Assembly: GCA_013375475.1 (NCBI GenBank)
Contig: JABXKD010000022.1
Coordinates: forward strand, 1-39,833
Length of the DNA stretch: 39,833 nt
Direction of reading: 5' to 3'
DNA from: Promethearchaeota archaeon
Lineage (GTDB): Archaea; Asgardarchaeota; Lokiarchaeia; Sigyniarchaeales; SOKP01
The notes beneath the pieces were generated by a model. The model had not been told where the DNA came from, searched no databases, and saw nothing but the letters and a program-made list of their open reading frames with translations. A program made the position numbers and the translations under genes. How positions within the stretch are numbered: position 1 is the stretch's first letter; each line of letters starts with the position of its first letter. Below are positions 1 through 8,781 of the stretch, in pieces.

Positions 1-55
1 CAGTAATTTTTCAAGACAATGGCATTATTAAGAGTATGCAATTAGCAGCCTGCCT

Positions 56-1216
56 TTAAAATTTTAAAGGATATTTTCGATATTTTTCGATCGCGGCTCG
101 CATCGCCATTATATTTTCCCAGGGGATATTTATGATATCGTGGGAAGGTCCTACAAAATAACCCCCACCTTTTCCGGCACTTTTTATAGTATTTTTCACA
201 TTTTCCTCAACATCTTTAGGAGTACCGTAAGTTAAAACTCCAGAAGAATCTAATCCCCCCATAAAGCATAACTTATCCCCTAACGATTCCTTAAGCCCAG
301 GCAAGTCCACACCCGCTGTTGCCTCTAAAGATTGAATACAATTCAACCCCGCATCAACTAAATCCGGTAAAAATTGATCTATTTTTCCACAAGAGTGTAA
401 GATTATGAACACACTCCTTTTTTTACATGTCTGATATATTCTTTTATGGTATGGAAGGATAAATTTACGGAAAACATCTAAAGAGAAAAAAGGATTTTCC
501 TTGTAACCTAAATCGTCCCCAAACATAACAATATCGACGCCCACTTCAGCTAAGCGTTTTAAAATTTCGATGTTAACTTTAGTGTATTCTTCCATAATTT
601 CATGTATAAAACTGGGATTTTTTCGTATATAATACGCAAAGCGAGTAAATGTAACCCCCCCTATCAAAAATTCAGAGAGATCTATGGGTAAATTTACCAA
701 AGGATAGAAATATGGGGCAACAGCTTCAACAAATCGCTCCCATTTTTGAGAAGAGTACTTAACTCTATTGTTAATCCACTCTATTGGCTTTCCATATCGG
801 TCCCAATAAGAATGTAAGATTTCGGGGGTTGTAAAATAACCTCCAACGTACCAGGCATATTCTAAACCGGTGTTTACTTGTTTTTCAGTTCTATATAATC
901 TGCCATCCATTCTATTTAAACGACAGTTTGGATATTCTGGAGGTGCATTTTCATATCTAACTTTGATTTTGGTTTCTCCAAAAGGATCCATCCTGAAGAG
1001 ATCAACGTTCCAAAAGCGTTGCTCCGTGATATAATGCTTAATATTAGTAGCTTTATTTTCTACAAAAGTGCGATATTTATCCATCTCTCCTGATTTTTTG
1101 AAAGCTTGGAACGAACTACCAGTTTGTTCAAATCCAAAATAGTGAATTGGAACCATATCAGGTTCGCCATCAAGCTCGAGAGCTTTAAAAACTCGTTCTC
1201 GTTTTGATAAAACCAT
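56..1216 (-). CDS. Uroporphyrinogen decarboxylase / MtaA-CmuA methyltransferase family protein
   Basis: 386 aa. C-terminal TIM-barrel motifs GDDLG, HSCG (Zn-binding HxC), FMGGLD, GTPKDV and GGGYFVGPSH are typical of the URO-D/CIMS superfamily. Confidence 0.8.
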   Translation of the reverse strand: MVLSKRERVFKALELDGEPDMVPIHYFGFEQTGSSFQAFKKSGEMDKYRTFVENKATNIKHYITEQRFWNVDLFRMDPFGETKIKVRYENAPPEYPNCRLNRMDGRLYRTEKQVNTGLEYAWYVGGYFTTPEILHSYWDRYGKPIEWINNRVKYSSQKWERFVEAVAPYFYPLVNLPIDLSEFLIGGVTFTRFAYYIRKNPSFIHEIMEEYTKVNIEILKRLAEVGVDIVMFGDDLGYKENPFFSLDVFRKFILPYHKRIYQTCKKRSVFIILHSCGKIDQFLPDLVDAGLNCIQSLEATAGVDLPGLKESLGDKLCFMGGLDSSGVLTYGTPKDVEENVKNTIKSAGKGGGYFVGPSHDIINIPWENIMAMRAAIEKYRKYPLKF

Positions 1217-1440
1217 AATTCAGTTGAAATCTGATTATTTTAAAAATAAATTGAAATATTGGGGAGTAGAGTAATTGTATGTTAAAAAATATTCCTCAAA
1301 TTAAGAGAAATTGGACTTAATAGTAAGTTTAATTAATTATCTTAATATCTTAATCACTCAAAAAATTAACATAATAAGATTTATATACATCTAAGACAAG
1401 ATAACTTAGTAATAACAAAACTAGGAGAGAGAAATATAAC

Positions 1441-2271
1441 ATGAAAAAAAATCAAGAACTAGACTTAAAACCAATTGAAATTGACACACCTCGCGCAAAT
1501 CGATATAAAAAATTAGTAAGATTATCTAAAATTCCTGGTATTAAATTCATTCTCAATCGATACATGGATATTAAGAATTCTAATGGTTCAGCAATTCCTA
1601 TAAATGTGTCACTGGGCACTTATGAAGATAAAGTACTTCCTTTGATTGTTACCGAACATTTTATCAAAAAAGCAAGTCATATTGTTTTAATGGATTGCGG
1701 ATGTCGGGTAGCGAATGAATGTGAGAACCATGACATTCATCTTGGTTGCACTTGGTTAGGGGAGGCTACAAAAAGAATTGACCTTGAAAAATGGAAAACT
1801 CATAATGCTCATGTCGGAACCGTAGAGGAAGCATTAGAACGAGAACGCTTGGCTTATGAAAACGGATTGGTTCCTCATTTAGGCAGGTTAAAGGGAGATT
1901 CAATACGATATGGAACCTTACCCGATGATGGTCATTTCATGTCGCTTTGTCACTGTTGTTCTTGTTGTTGTATTTTAAGTACAATGAAATATGGTTCTTC
2001 GGATCTAAAAAAAATTATAACGAAGATGGAAGGAGTAATGGTAGAAGTTGATAGTGAAGTTTGTGTTGGATGTGGAACTTGTTTTAAAGTTTGCATATAT
2101 AATGCGATGAAAATGGTGGATGGAAAAGCGTTTATTGATCAAGATGAGTGTAAAGGATGCGGACGATGTGAAAGACAGTGCCAAAATGATGCGATTTCCA
2201 TAAGGATAGACGATTATAACCGTGTTAATGAACTAATTTCCCGTATCGAATCTCACGTTGATGTGACTTAA
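1441..2271 (+). CDS. 4Fe-4S dicluster (ferredoxin-domain) protein with Cys-rich N-terminal region
   Basis: C-terminal CVGCGTCFKVC and CKGCGRCERQC, plus CGCR..C and CHCCSCCC motifs. SD-like AGGAG lies upstream. Confidence 0.8.
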   Translation: MKKNQELDLKPIEIDTPRANRYKKLVRLSKIPGIKFILNRYMDIKNSNGSAIPINVSLGTYEDKVLPLIVTEHFIKKASHIVLMDCGCRVANECENHDIHLGCTWLGEATKRIDLEKWKTHNAHVGTVEEALERERLAYENGLVPHLGRLKGDSIRYGTLPDDGHFMSLCHCCSCCCILSTMKYGSSDLKKIITKMEGVMVEVDSEVCVGCGTCFKVCIYNAMKMVDGKAFIDQDECKGCGRCERQCQNDAISIRIDDYNRVNELISRIESHVDVT

Positions 2272-2405
2272 ATCTATATGTTTAATACCCAAATATAACG
2301 TAATTATAAATTCTCTTCCCATATAGAGAAAATCTTATTATTAATTGGAATTATTAAGGTTTTAGTAGACTTAAAATTTTTTTTTAAGTTTCTATCTTGG
2401 AACTT

Positions 2406-3068
2406 TTAGTCAGCATTAACTCCTACAAATATTTCTTTGCGAAAGCTATCGAAAATAAACATCATTCCTATTATTAATAGTATAGGTGAAGTAATATTCA
2501 ACAGTTCTATTAAGAATATTTCTGATTTAAAAATACTTCCCATTCCAATAAGAATTACTCCTACAATAATTTTCAAGGATTTCTGTTTTGGCGTTCTTGT
2601 ATTTTTTAAAAGTATGAGGAACAATAAATAAGGAATGAATGAAGTCATAATCAAAAAATATAGCAGTATAATATTTGACAGACCTGAGAAATTTAAAAGA
2701 AGTATTATTATAAATGGGATAATTCCCACAAAATAATGTCTTTCGTAAGTTATCTTATTCATTACTTTCTCCAAATGTATGATTTTATTCCAAGAAGGAA
2801 AAAACAACATTAAAATCCTGATTCTAAGTAGTATATCGTAAGTAACGGAATCTATTGGTAAAGAGACTGAGAGAATTTTTATAAAATTTTCAATAGCTAT
2901 AATAAAAAAGAAGATTTCCCATGAAAATAAGTCGTTATAAAAGTGAAAGTCTTTTTCTTTAGAGAATTTCTTTGAAATGTAAAGCTTATTAATAATACTT
3001 AAAGCTATTAAAATAGAAAAAACTGCATTAACTAAAAATAATAATGTACCGATAAGTACGATATCCAA
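2406..3068 (-). CDS. Polytopic membrane protein (about 6-7 TM), unknown function
   Basis: 220 aa of mostly hydrophobic helices. Starts 2 bp after the stop of the SagB-like gene, so probably co-transcribed. Confidence 0.65.
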   Translation of the reverse strand: MDIVLIGTLLFLVNAVFSILIALSIINKLYISKKFSKEKDFHFYNDLFSWEIFFFIIAIENFIKILSVSLPIDSVTYDILLRIRILMLFFPSWNKIIHLEKVMNKITYERHYFVGIIPFIIILLLNFSGLSNIILLYFLIMTSFIPYLLFLILLKNTRTPKQKSLKIIVGVILIGMGSIFKSEIFLIELLNITSPILLIIGMMFIFDSFRKEIFVGVNAD

Positions 3069-3070
3069 TG

Positions 3071-4360
3071 TTATCCCTCTAATAAATGAAACAATACAAT
3101 TGGTACTAAATTTCCTTCAAGGGATACCCGCTCATTGTCTGCACGATTCACTAAATTATTTGCCGTCTTATTTATCTCCTGTTCAGCAGAATCGAGATTG
3201 AACAATGTTCTATATTTTGGATCGTCTGGATTTGATAATATTTTCTTTTTCCATTTCAAACCTAAAGCATTTGCTTGTAATTGTAGCCCCGCTAATGCCA
3301 TTCCAGCCTCAACTTCGGCCCAATACTTAAGATTCATAATTCTGTGCATTAATCCAGCACACGGTTTTTTTCGATCTATACATAATAGTATGGCATAATT
3401 AGAAAAACTAGTATCAAACTCCTTCTCAATCTCAGCACTGATAGGCTCAGAGCTAAATTGTCGCAGAAAATGGTCGTAGGTTATGGTTCCATTAACCTTA
3501 ATCCATCGATTTAACGCAGAATACCCAACTGGATTATAGACGTACGATCCTTCTGAGATTTCAGCCAGATACTTTACATAAACTATTGGATATATTGCAT
3601 ATCCCGCACATCCTGATGCGTGCACACGACCATAACCATTTTTTTCTAAAGTATCACGATTTCCATGGGTCGCATGATCAGTCTCTCCTTGACAAGCCCA
3701 GAGAAGTTGAGAGATTTGGTGTAAATTTGTGTGGTTTGGTACCTTTTCATCAACCAGATTAAAAATAACATCATCTAATGGAACACCTTTATACTTATTC
3801 TCATAGATTGCGCGGTCCTTGTAGCAAGCTGGAGTGTCGAGTAAGATCGTGCCCTCCTCTACCTTTTTTTGAAGAGGTTTTGCAGTATCTTCTACTAACG
3901 ATGCCCTATCTCTCTCTCGAACTGCTACCGAATATAAAAACGCATGATTTTGATTCGTTAAATTGTTAACGAGCTTATTCAATTTTTTAGGCGCTCTTGC
4001 CCGTTGTGATACACCAAGTCCAATACTAACCACTTTTAAAGAGAGATATTGCCACGTAATCCCTACCCGAATTAAATCCTCGAATTCAATAGATTCCTTC
4101 CAAAACAATTCAGGATAAACTTCCATACTAAATTTTGTTTTTTCTTTATCAGATAATCGAACCAAACCATCGCTATTATATTTGTATATCCCTCTAGAGT
4201 AATCGTCCCCATCTGGTAAAACAACAAATAGAGATTTTAAAGGTGCCGCTTGAAGTGTAGAGTTACAAATCTCTTCAACTACAGATAACGGCAAAATACG
4301 ACCCTCACCAGAGCAATCTTTTCTTCTTGCCAAACACTCTTGTAAACTCATTTTAAACAT
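3071..4360 (-). CDS. SagB/ThcOx-type nitroreductase-fold protein with two tandem domains
   Basis: MSLQECLARR..., ISQLLWACQG, RVHASGCAGYAIYP, GSYVYNP and EAGMALAGLQLQANALGL resemble SagB-type motifs. A degenerate first copy occupies the N-terminal third (RGIYKY...VGITWQYLSLKVVSIGLG). Confidence 0.65.
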   Translation of the reverse strand: MFKMSLQECLARRKDCSGEGRILPLSVVEEICNSTLQAAPLKSLFVVLPDGDDYSRGIYKYNSDGLVRLSDKEKTKFSMEVYPELFWKESIEFEDLIRVGITWQYLSLKVVSIGLGVSQRARAPKKLNKLVNNLTNQNHAFLYSVAVRERDRASLVEDTAKPLQKKVEEGTILLDTPACYKDRAIYENKYKGVPLDDVIFNLVDEKVPNHTNLHQISQLLWACQGETDHATHGNRDTLEKNGYGRVHASGCAGYAIYPIVYVKYLAEISEGSYVYNPVGYSALNRWIKVNGTITYDHFLRQFSSEPISAEIEKEFDTSFSNYAILLCIDRKKPCAGLMHRIMNLKYWAEVEAGMALAGLQLQANALGLKWKKKILSNPDDPKYRTLFNLDSAEQEINKTANNLVNRADNERVSLEGNLVPIVLFHLLEG

Positions 4361-4444
4361 GATATTATTTTAATAAATGCACCACATGTAAAAAATAGTA
4401 TTACACTATAATAATTTTAAAGAAAAAATTAAAATAAAATAAGA

Positions 4445-5533
4445 TTATTTCTGATCAGTTAAATATTCGTTCATTTCTACAAATGAACTCGTCCTAATTA
4501 ATGCTGCTTTTAAGAATTGAAATCCAATGTCATAAGTTGAGCCGTCTCCAGCTATATGGATGACATATGGCACTTCTCCGTTAAAGACATTCTTAGATTT
4601 TAGAATTTTATAGGTAGTACTAATAGCATCTGCGATTGTAGCACCTGATTCGAAAAGATGATGCACCCATGGCACTTTCCATGAAGTCACAAAGTCTTTG
4701 GATGTAGAAACTTCAGAGCAACTAGTATTATTTACATAAATAATATTATTTTCAGTTACAGCTGTGGCAGCAGTTGCTAATTGGTTTAGAACCATCCCAG
4801 CACCACAACCAGGACATAATCCATGACCTGGATGTAAATGTTGTTGAGGTTCTAAAGCTTTCCGGTTAACACGGTAAAAATCTACAGGTTTTTCAGCTCC
4901 AAATTGCTCAATCAAACCCTTTAATTTCAAATTTCGTTGCTCGGTGAGGTATATAATTTCATCTATCTCCCTTTCAAGGAATTTTGGCTTGAAAAGATGT
5001 TTAAACCGACCCATAGATTTAAGATATTCAACAAATTTCTCTTTATCAATATCTAATCCTCGATAATACGAGAAAGTTGGCACTCCATCTTTTACTCTAA
5101 TCGTATATAATGGCCAGTAACCGCAATCGGTAGCCATTTTTGAGATTTTCAAAGCATCGCTTGCTCCATGACGCCAGCCCCTCATACAGTCGGAATAAGA
5201 TTGAATAAAAGCTGATCCATCAGTTTTTAATGCTTCAGCTACTTTACCCATAAAATCATTAGGAAATGCTGGATTTGTCGTCGCTAAGAAAAGTGATTTT
5301 GTACCATAAAACGCAAATGGAGTAACTAAATCCTGTTTTACTCCAATCTTTCCAGGTATCTTTTCTCCTCCAGGTCCAGTAGTCGTTGATGCATATGGGG
5401 GTGTTCCACCTGACTCTTGAATACCTGTATTCATGAAAGCTTCGTTGTCATAATTAAAGAATAATACATTGCTTTTTCCATCTCGAGCAAGGATATCTTC
5501 AAACTTAATAATGTTTCGTTCTGGCTGAGACAT
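4445..5533 (-). CDS. porB: 2-oxoacid:ferredoxin oxidoreductase beta subunit, circularly permuted
   Basis: The N-terminal part carries YDNEAFMNTGIQES, SDCMRGW and GRFKHL, normally C-terminal. The C-terminal part carries GHGLCPGCG, NTSCSEV, WVHHLFE and GDGSTYDIG, normally N-terminal. Confidence 0.9.
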   Translation of the reverse strand: MSQPERNIIKFEDILARDGKSNVLFFNYDNEAFMNTGIQESGGTPPYASTTTGPGGEKIPGKIGVKQDLVTPFAFYGTKSLFLATTNPAFPNDFMGKVAEALKTDGSAFIQSYSDCMRGWRHGASDALKISKMATDCGYWPLYTIRVKDGVPTFSYYRGLDIDKEKFVEYLKSMGRFKHLFKPKFLEREIDEIIYLTEQRNLKLKGLIEQFGAEKPVDFYRVNRKALEPQQHLHPGHGLCPGCGAGMVLNQLATAATAVTENNIIYVNNTSCSEVSTSKDFVTSWKVPWVHHLFESGATIADAISTTYKILKSKNVFNGEVPYVIHIAGDGSTYDIGFQFLKAALIRTSSFVEMNEYLTDQK

Positions 5534-5534
5534 T

Positions 5535-6764
5535 TTAGATATCGACCCCCATTATTTTTTCTTTTGATTCCCTTACGCCAAGATACATATATAACTTACC
5601 TTTCATGTCATTGATAGATTCAATTTTCTTCTTTGCTACATCAAATTCATCTTTGGTTACATCTCGGCCTCCTAAACCAACAATGAAACTTCTAAAAATA
5701 GTTCCAAGCGGATATAAAGCTGAAGCAATTGACATTGAAAATGGTGGAAGCATTCCGTTTAAAGAATCGGATTTTTCTAGTATAATAAGTTTCTCGATAT
5801 GATGATCTTCAACTATCTTTTGTAATTGTTTATATGGAAAAGGTCGAAAAGTCCTAATTTTTATTAATCCTATATCCTTATTTTTTATCATCCAGCTGAT
5901 TATATTTCCACACATAGAACCCATTGTGACAAAAGCGGTATTAGAACTGTTATCTAAGTTATATGTTTCGATTAAATTATAATTTCGTCCAGTAGCTTTG
6001 CTAAATTCTTCAAATGTTTTTTCCATAATCTCTAATACTGGCTCTTTTGCTTCATCAAGTTGCTTTCTACCTTCCATAAAGAAGCTTGGAGTGACTATTC
6101 CCCCCCAAGTACCCGGTTTTTTAGTATTAATTGTATGTCTTGGCTTCTTGGGTGTTATTTTTCTTACTATTTCATCTGGAATCAAAGTTAGTTTTTGAAC
6201 TGAGTGAGATATAATAAATCCATCATGAACAAACATAGTCGGGAATAATGAGTCTTCCGAAATCATTACAGCTAAAATTGCTGCATCATAGGTTTCTTGC
6301 ACATTTTCTGACACAATTGTATTCCAACCTAGTTCTGAATTAGTTTGTGTAAATTCCCATGAATTCCATATTGATAAATTAGGTGAGTTGAATGCTCTTG
6401 CTGAAATCAACATTGTTAAAGGAACTCTCCATCCTACGGCCATTGGTAGGGCTTCAGTCATAAGTAGATATCCTTGAGAGGCTGTTGCTGTAAAAGTTCT
6501 AGCTCCAGCAGCACAAGCTGCGGTGGAATAAGAGATAGCTGCTAATTCTGATTCAACATTAACAAATGCCGCCTTTAATCTACCTTGATGAACCACATCA
6601 GACAAACCCTCTACCGATTGAGTTTGAGGAGTGATAGGAAAAGCACAGATAACATCAGGTTCAGTTTGAGTTACTGCTCCTGCTACGGCATAGTTTCCAA
6701 TCATGGTTGTTTCTATCGGTTCTCTAATTTCTTTAAAAAATACTTTCATAGGTTCAATTGACAT
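5535..6764 (-). CDS. porA: 2-oxoacid:ferredoxin oxidoreductase alpha subunit
   Basis: GNYAVA, FPITPQT, ESELAA, TATASQG, DGFIISH, FRPFP and GLGGRD. Start placed at ATG 6764 behind GGAGGT instead of the ORF-track start 6839. Confidence 0.9.
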   Translation of the reverse strand: MSIEPMKVFFKEIREPIETTMIGNYAVAGAVTQTEPDVICAFPITPQTQSVEGLSDVVHQGRLKAAFVNVESELAAISYSTAACAAGARTFTATASQGYLLMTEALPMAVGWRVPLTMLISARAFNSPNLSIWNSWEFTQTNSELGWNTIVSENVQETYDAAILAVMISEDSLFPTMFVHDGFIISHSVQKLTLIPDEIVRKITPKKPRHTINTKKPGTWGGIVTPSFFMEGRKQLDEAKEPVLEIMEKTFEEFSKATGRNYNLIETYNLDNSSNTAFVTMGSMCGNIISWMIKNKDIGLIKIRTFRPFPYKQLQKIVEDHHIEKLIILEKSDSLNGMLPPFSMSIASALYPLGTIFRSFIVGLGGRDVTKDEFDVAKKKIESINDMKGKLYMYLGVRESKEKIMGVDI

Positions 6765-6765
6765 A

Positions 6766-7767
6766 TTAATTACCTCCTTCTTGATCTTCTGGAACCGCAC
6801 ATGCTGCAGGCCCCTGTTTAAGTTTTTTACCAAATGCATTAACGGGACATATTTCTAAACAATTTAAGCATGATTTACAGTGAAAGCTGTCTATTCCTGC
6901 CATATGCCATAATCCATCGTCTCCTTTTTTTCGTACAATGGCAAAATCAGGGCATATATACCAACACTGTGCGCAGTCTGTACAGGTATCTTCATCCCAA
7001 ATTAGTTCCCATTCTCCCCAACTTCCCGTATTCACCTGATCACTACCAACGGAGATGATATCCTCATCGCAATACCACACTCCCGCTATATCTACTTCCT
7101 TATACCCTGGTAATCCTAATTCAACTTGTTGCCATGGAATTTTTGTATCAATTGTGAAATCAGGCTCAAGTCCCATATCATATACACAAGTTTCTTCAAT
7201 AGCTTGTTTAATTGCTTCAATGTTTTTTCCCGCTATTTCACCTTTAAACCGTCTTAGAATTGCATCAGATAATTCTTCTAAGGTAAAAATATAAGAAACT
7301 CGAATTAAAGCACCTAAAATGATAGTATTAGTAATGTTTCGACCTAATACATCTAATGCAATTCTAGTCGCATCGATAGTAGCGACATTAATATCCTTCC
7401 TTCCTACAGTTTGTTGAATACTCACTTGATCTAATGAGGTATTTACAATTAGCCATCCTCCTTTAGGCATTCCTGCTGTAACGTCTATTTCGCCCAATAA
7501 TGAAGAATCTAAGACAGATACGAAGTGGGGAGCATAAACTTGTTCATTGGATCTTATTAATTCTTCATTTGCGGATAATCTCACATAACTCTCTGTGGGG
7601 CTTCCCATACGCTCAGCACCAAATTTTGGTTGGCAAACACCATAACCATAAAATGCTTCAACGCACAAATTAGAAGCAGTTACCCCTCCTTGTCCTCCAC
7701 GGGCATGAAATCTTAAGTTAATCACATTGTTTTTTAATATTTCCTTAATATGTTCTGGAGTTAACAT
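6766..7767 (-). CDS. 2-oxoacid:ferredoxin oxidoreductase gamma-delta fusion subunit
   Basis: N-terminal gamma domain (HARGGQGGVT, FGAERMGSP, NTIILGAL) fused to a delta ferredoxin (TGSW, CTDCAQCWYICPD, CKSCLNCLEICP). Confidence 0.9.
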   Translation of the reverse strand: MLTPEHIKEILKNNVINLRFHARGGQGGVTASNLCVEAFYGYGVCQPKFGAERMGSPTESYVRLSANEELIRSNEQVYAPHFVSVLDSSLLGEIDVTAGMPKGGWLIVNTSLDQVSIQQTVGRKDINVATIDATRIALDVLGRNITNTIILGALIRVSYIFTLEELSDAILRRFKGEIAGKNIEAIKQAIEETCVYDMGLEPDFTIDTKIPWQQVELGLPGYKEVDIAGVWYCDEDIISVGSDQVNTGSWGEWELIWDEDTCTDCAQCWYICPDFAIVRKKGDDGLWHMAGIDSFHCKSCLNCLEICPVNAFGKKLKQGPAACAVPEDQEGGN

Positions 7768-8275
7768 CTTTTTTCAATTTTTTTAGTGATTGTGTATTTG
7801 AAATTATGTTATTGAAATTAAATTCTTTTTTATAATTTAATATTAATTTCTAAAACTAAAATTTTTAAAACAAATTTATTAAAAGCATTAAAATATAATA
7901 AAAAAGTGATAATTTTAAAAATTATTATTAATAAATTCCGCTACTTTACTTCCTACTATTAAAATAAATTGGATTTTTAATCCTTCAATTTAGATAATCT
8001 GAATAATTTTGTGCTTTTTTATTTTAACACTTTTTTATTCTTTAAAAAAATTTAGAAATTAAATGCTATTCAGAATCGAATGATAAATATAGACAAATAC
8101 TCCAATAATAGTATTTTTTCAAAGATTTATAAGATATAAAAAAAACCTAAATAGATGTACGGATTTCGACAACCATTAGCATTTTCTGATAATCCTATTT
8201 ACAATTAAAAATATATAAATGATCTATTTCCATATATTAATTAAAGGTACAATTAAATATATCTAGTGTAGATTT

Positions 8276-8701
8276 ATGGAATTTAAGATTCTTATCATTA
8301 CAACTCCGGGCTGCATTTTAAGTGAACAAATACTCACAGAATTGATGAATAAAAAGGATGGAAATTTACTAAAGATTTCAAAAGATGAAAATTTGGGCAC
8401 TTTAGATGTTAAAAGAATTATTTCTGCTATATTAGACGGTATTGATGGGATATTTATAATTATAAAGAGAAAAATAAAAGATGGTAAAAAATATTCTAAT
8501 TATGATTCATTTATAAAAGTTATAGTAGAAGCTAATAGAATATTAGAAAGAAGGGATTTTGGGGATAACAGGGTAAATTTTTGCTACTGGGCGGGTAAAT
8601 CTTCTCATGAATTAACCAAAGAATTTAGTCGTTTTTATAAAAGCATTAAGAGTTTAGGTTTAAATCCTCTAAATCAAGAAAAACTTGAGCTCCATGTATA
8701 A
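8276..8701 (+). CDS. Degenerate MvhD/FlpD-like protein lacking most [2Fe-2S] cysteines
   Basis: Aligns by eye with MvhD (KILII..GC; GTLDVKRIISAILDGIDGIFII; RVNFCYW; IKSLGLNPL). The MCSG and GCHxxDCHY cysteines are absent. Confidence 0.6.
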   Translation: MEFKILIITTPGCILSEQILTELMNKKDGNLLKISKDENLGTLDVKRIISAILDGIDGIFIIIKRKIKDGKKYSNYDSFIKVIVEANRILERRDFGDNRVNFCYWAGKSSHELTKEFSRFYKSIKSLGLNPLNQEKLELHV

Positions 8702-8781
8702 AAGTGGTTTTAATACAATTAGTAAGAGTTTTTTTAAAAAAATAATAAAATTTTACTATAAAATATAAACAGGTAGATAAA

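Noticed and set aside
3071-4360. Azole-containing RiPP cluster
   Set aside because: No YcaO, E1-like protein or Cys/Ser-rich precursor in the window.
6765-6839. 25-aa N-terminal extension of PorA in the ORF track
   Set aside because: It overlaps the upstream gene, and a GGAGGT SD supports ATG 6764.
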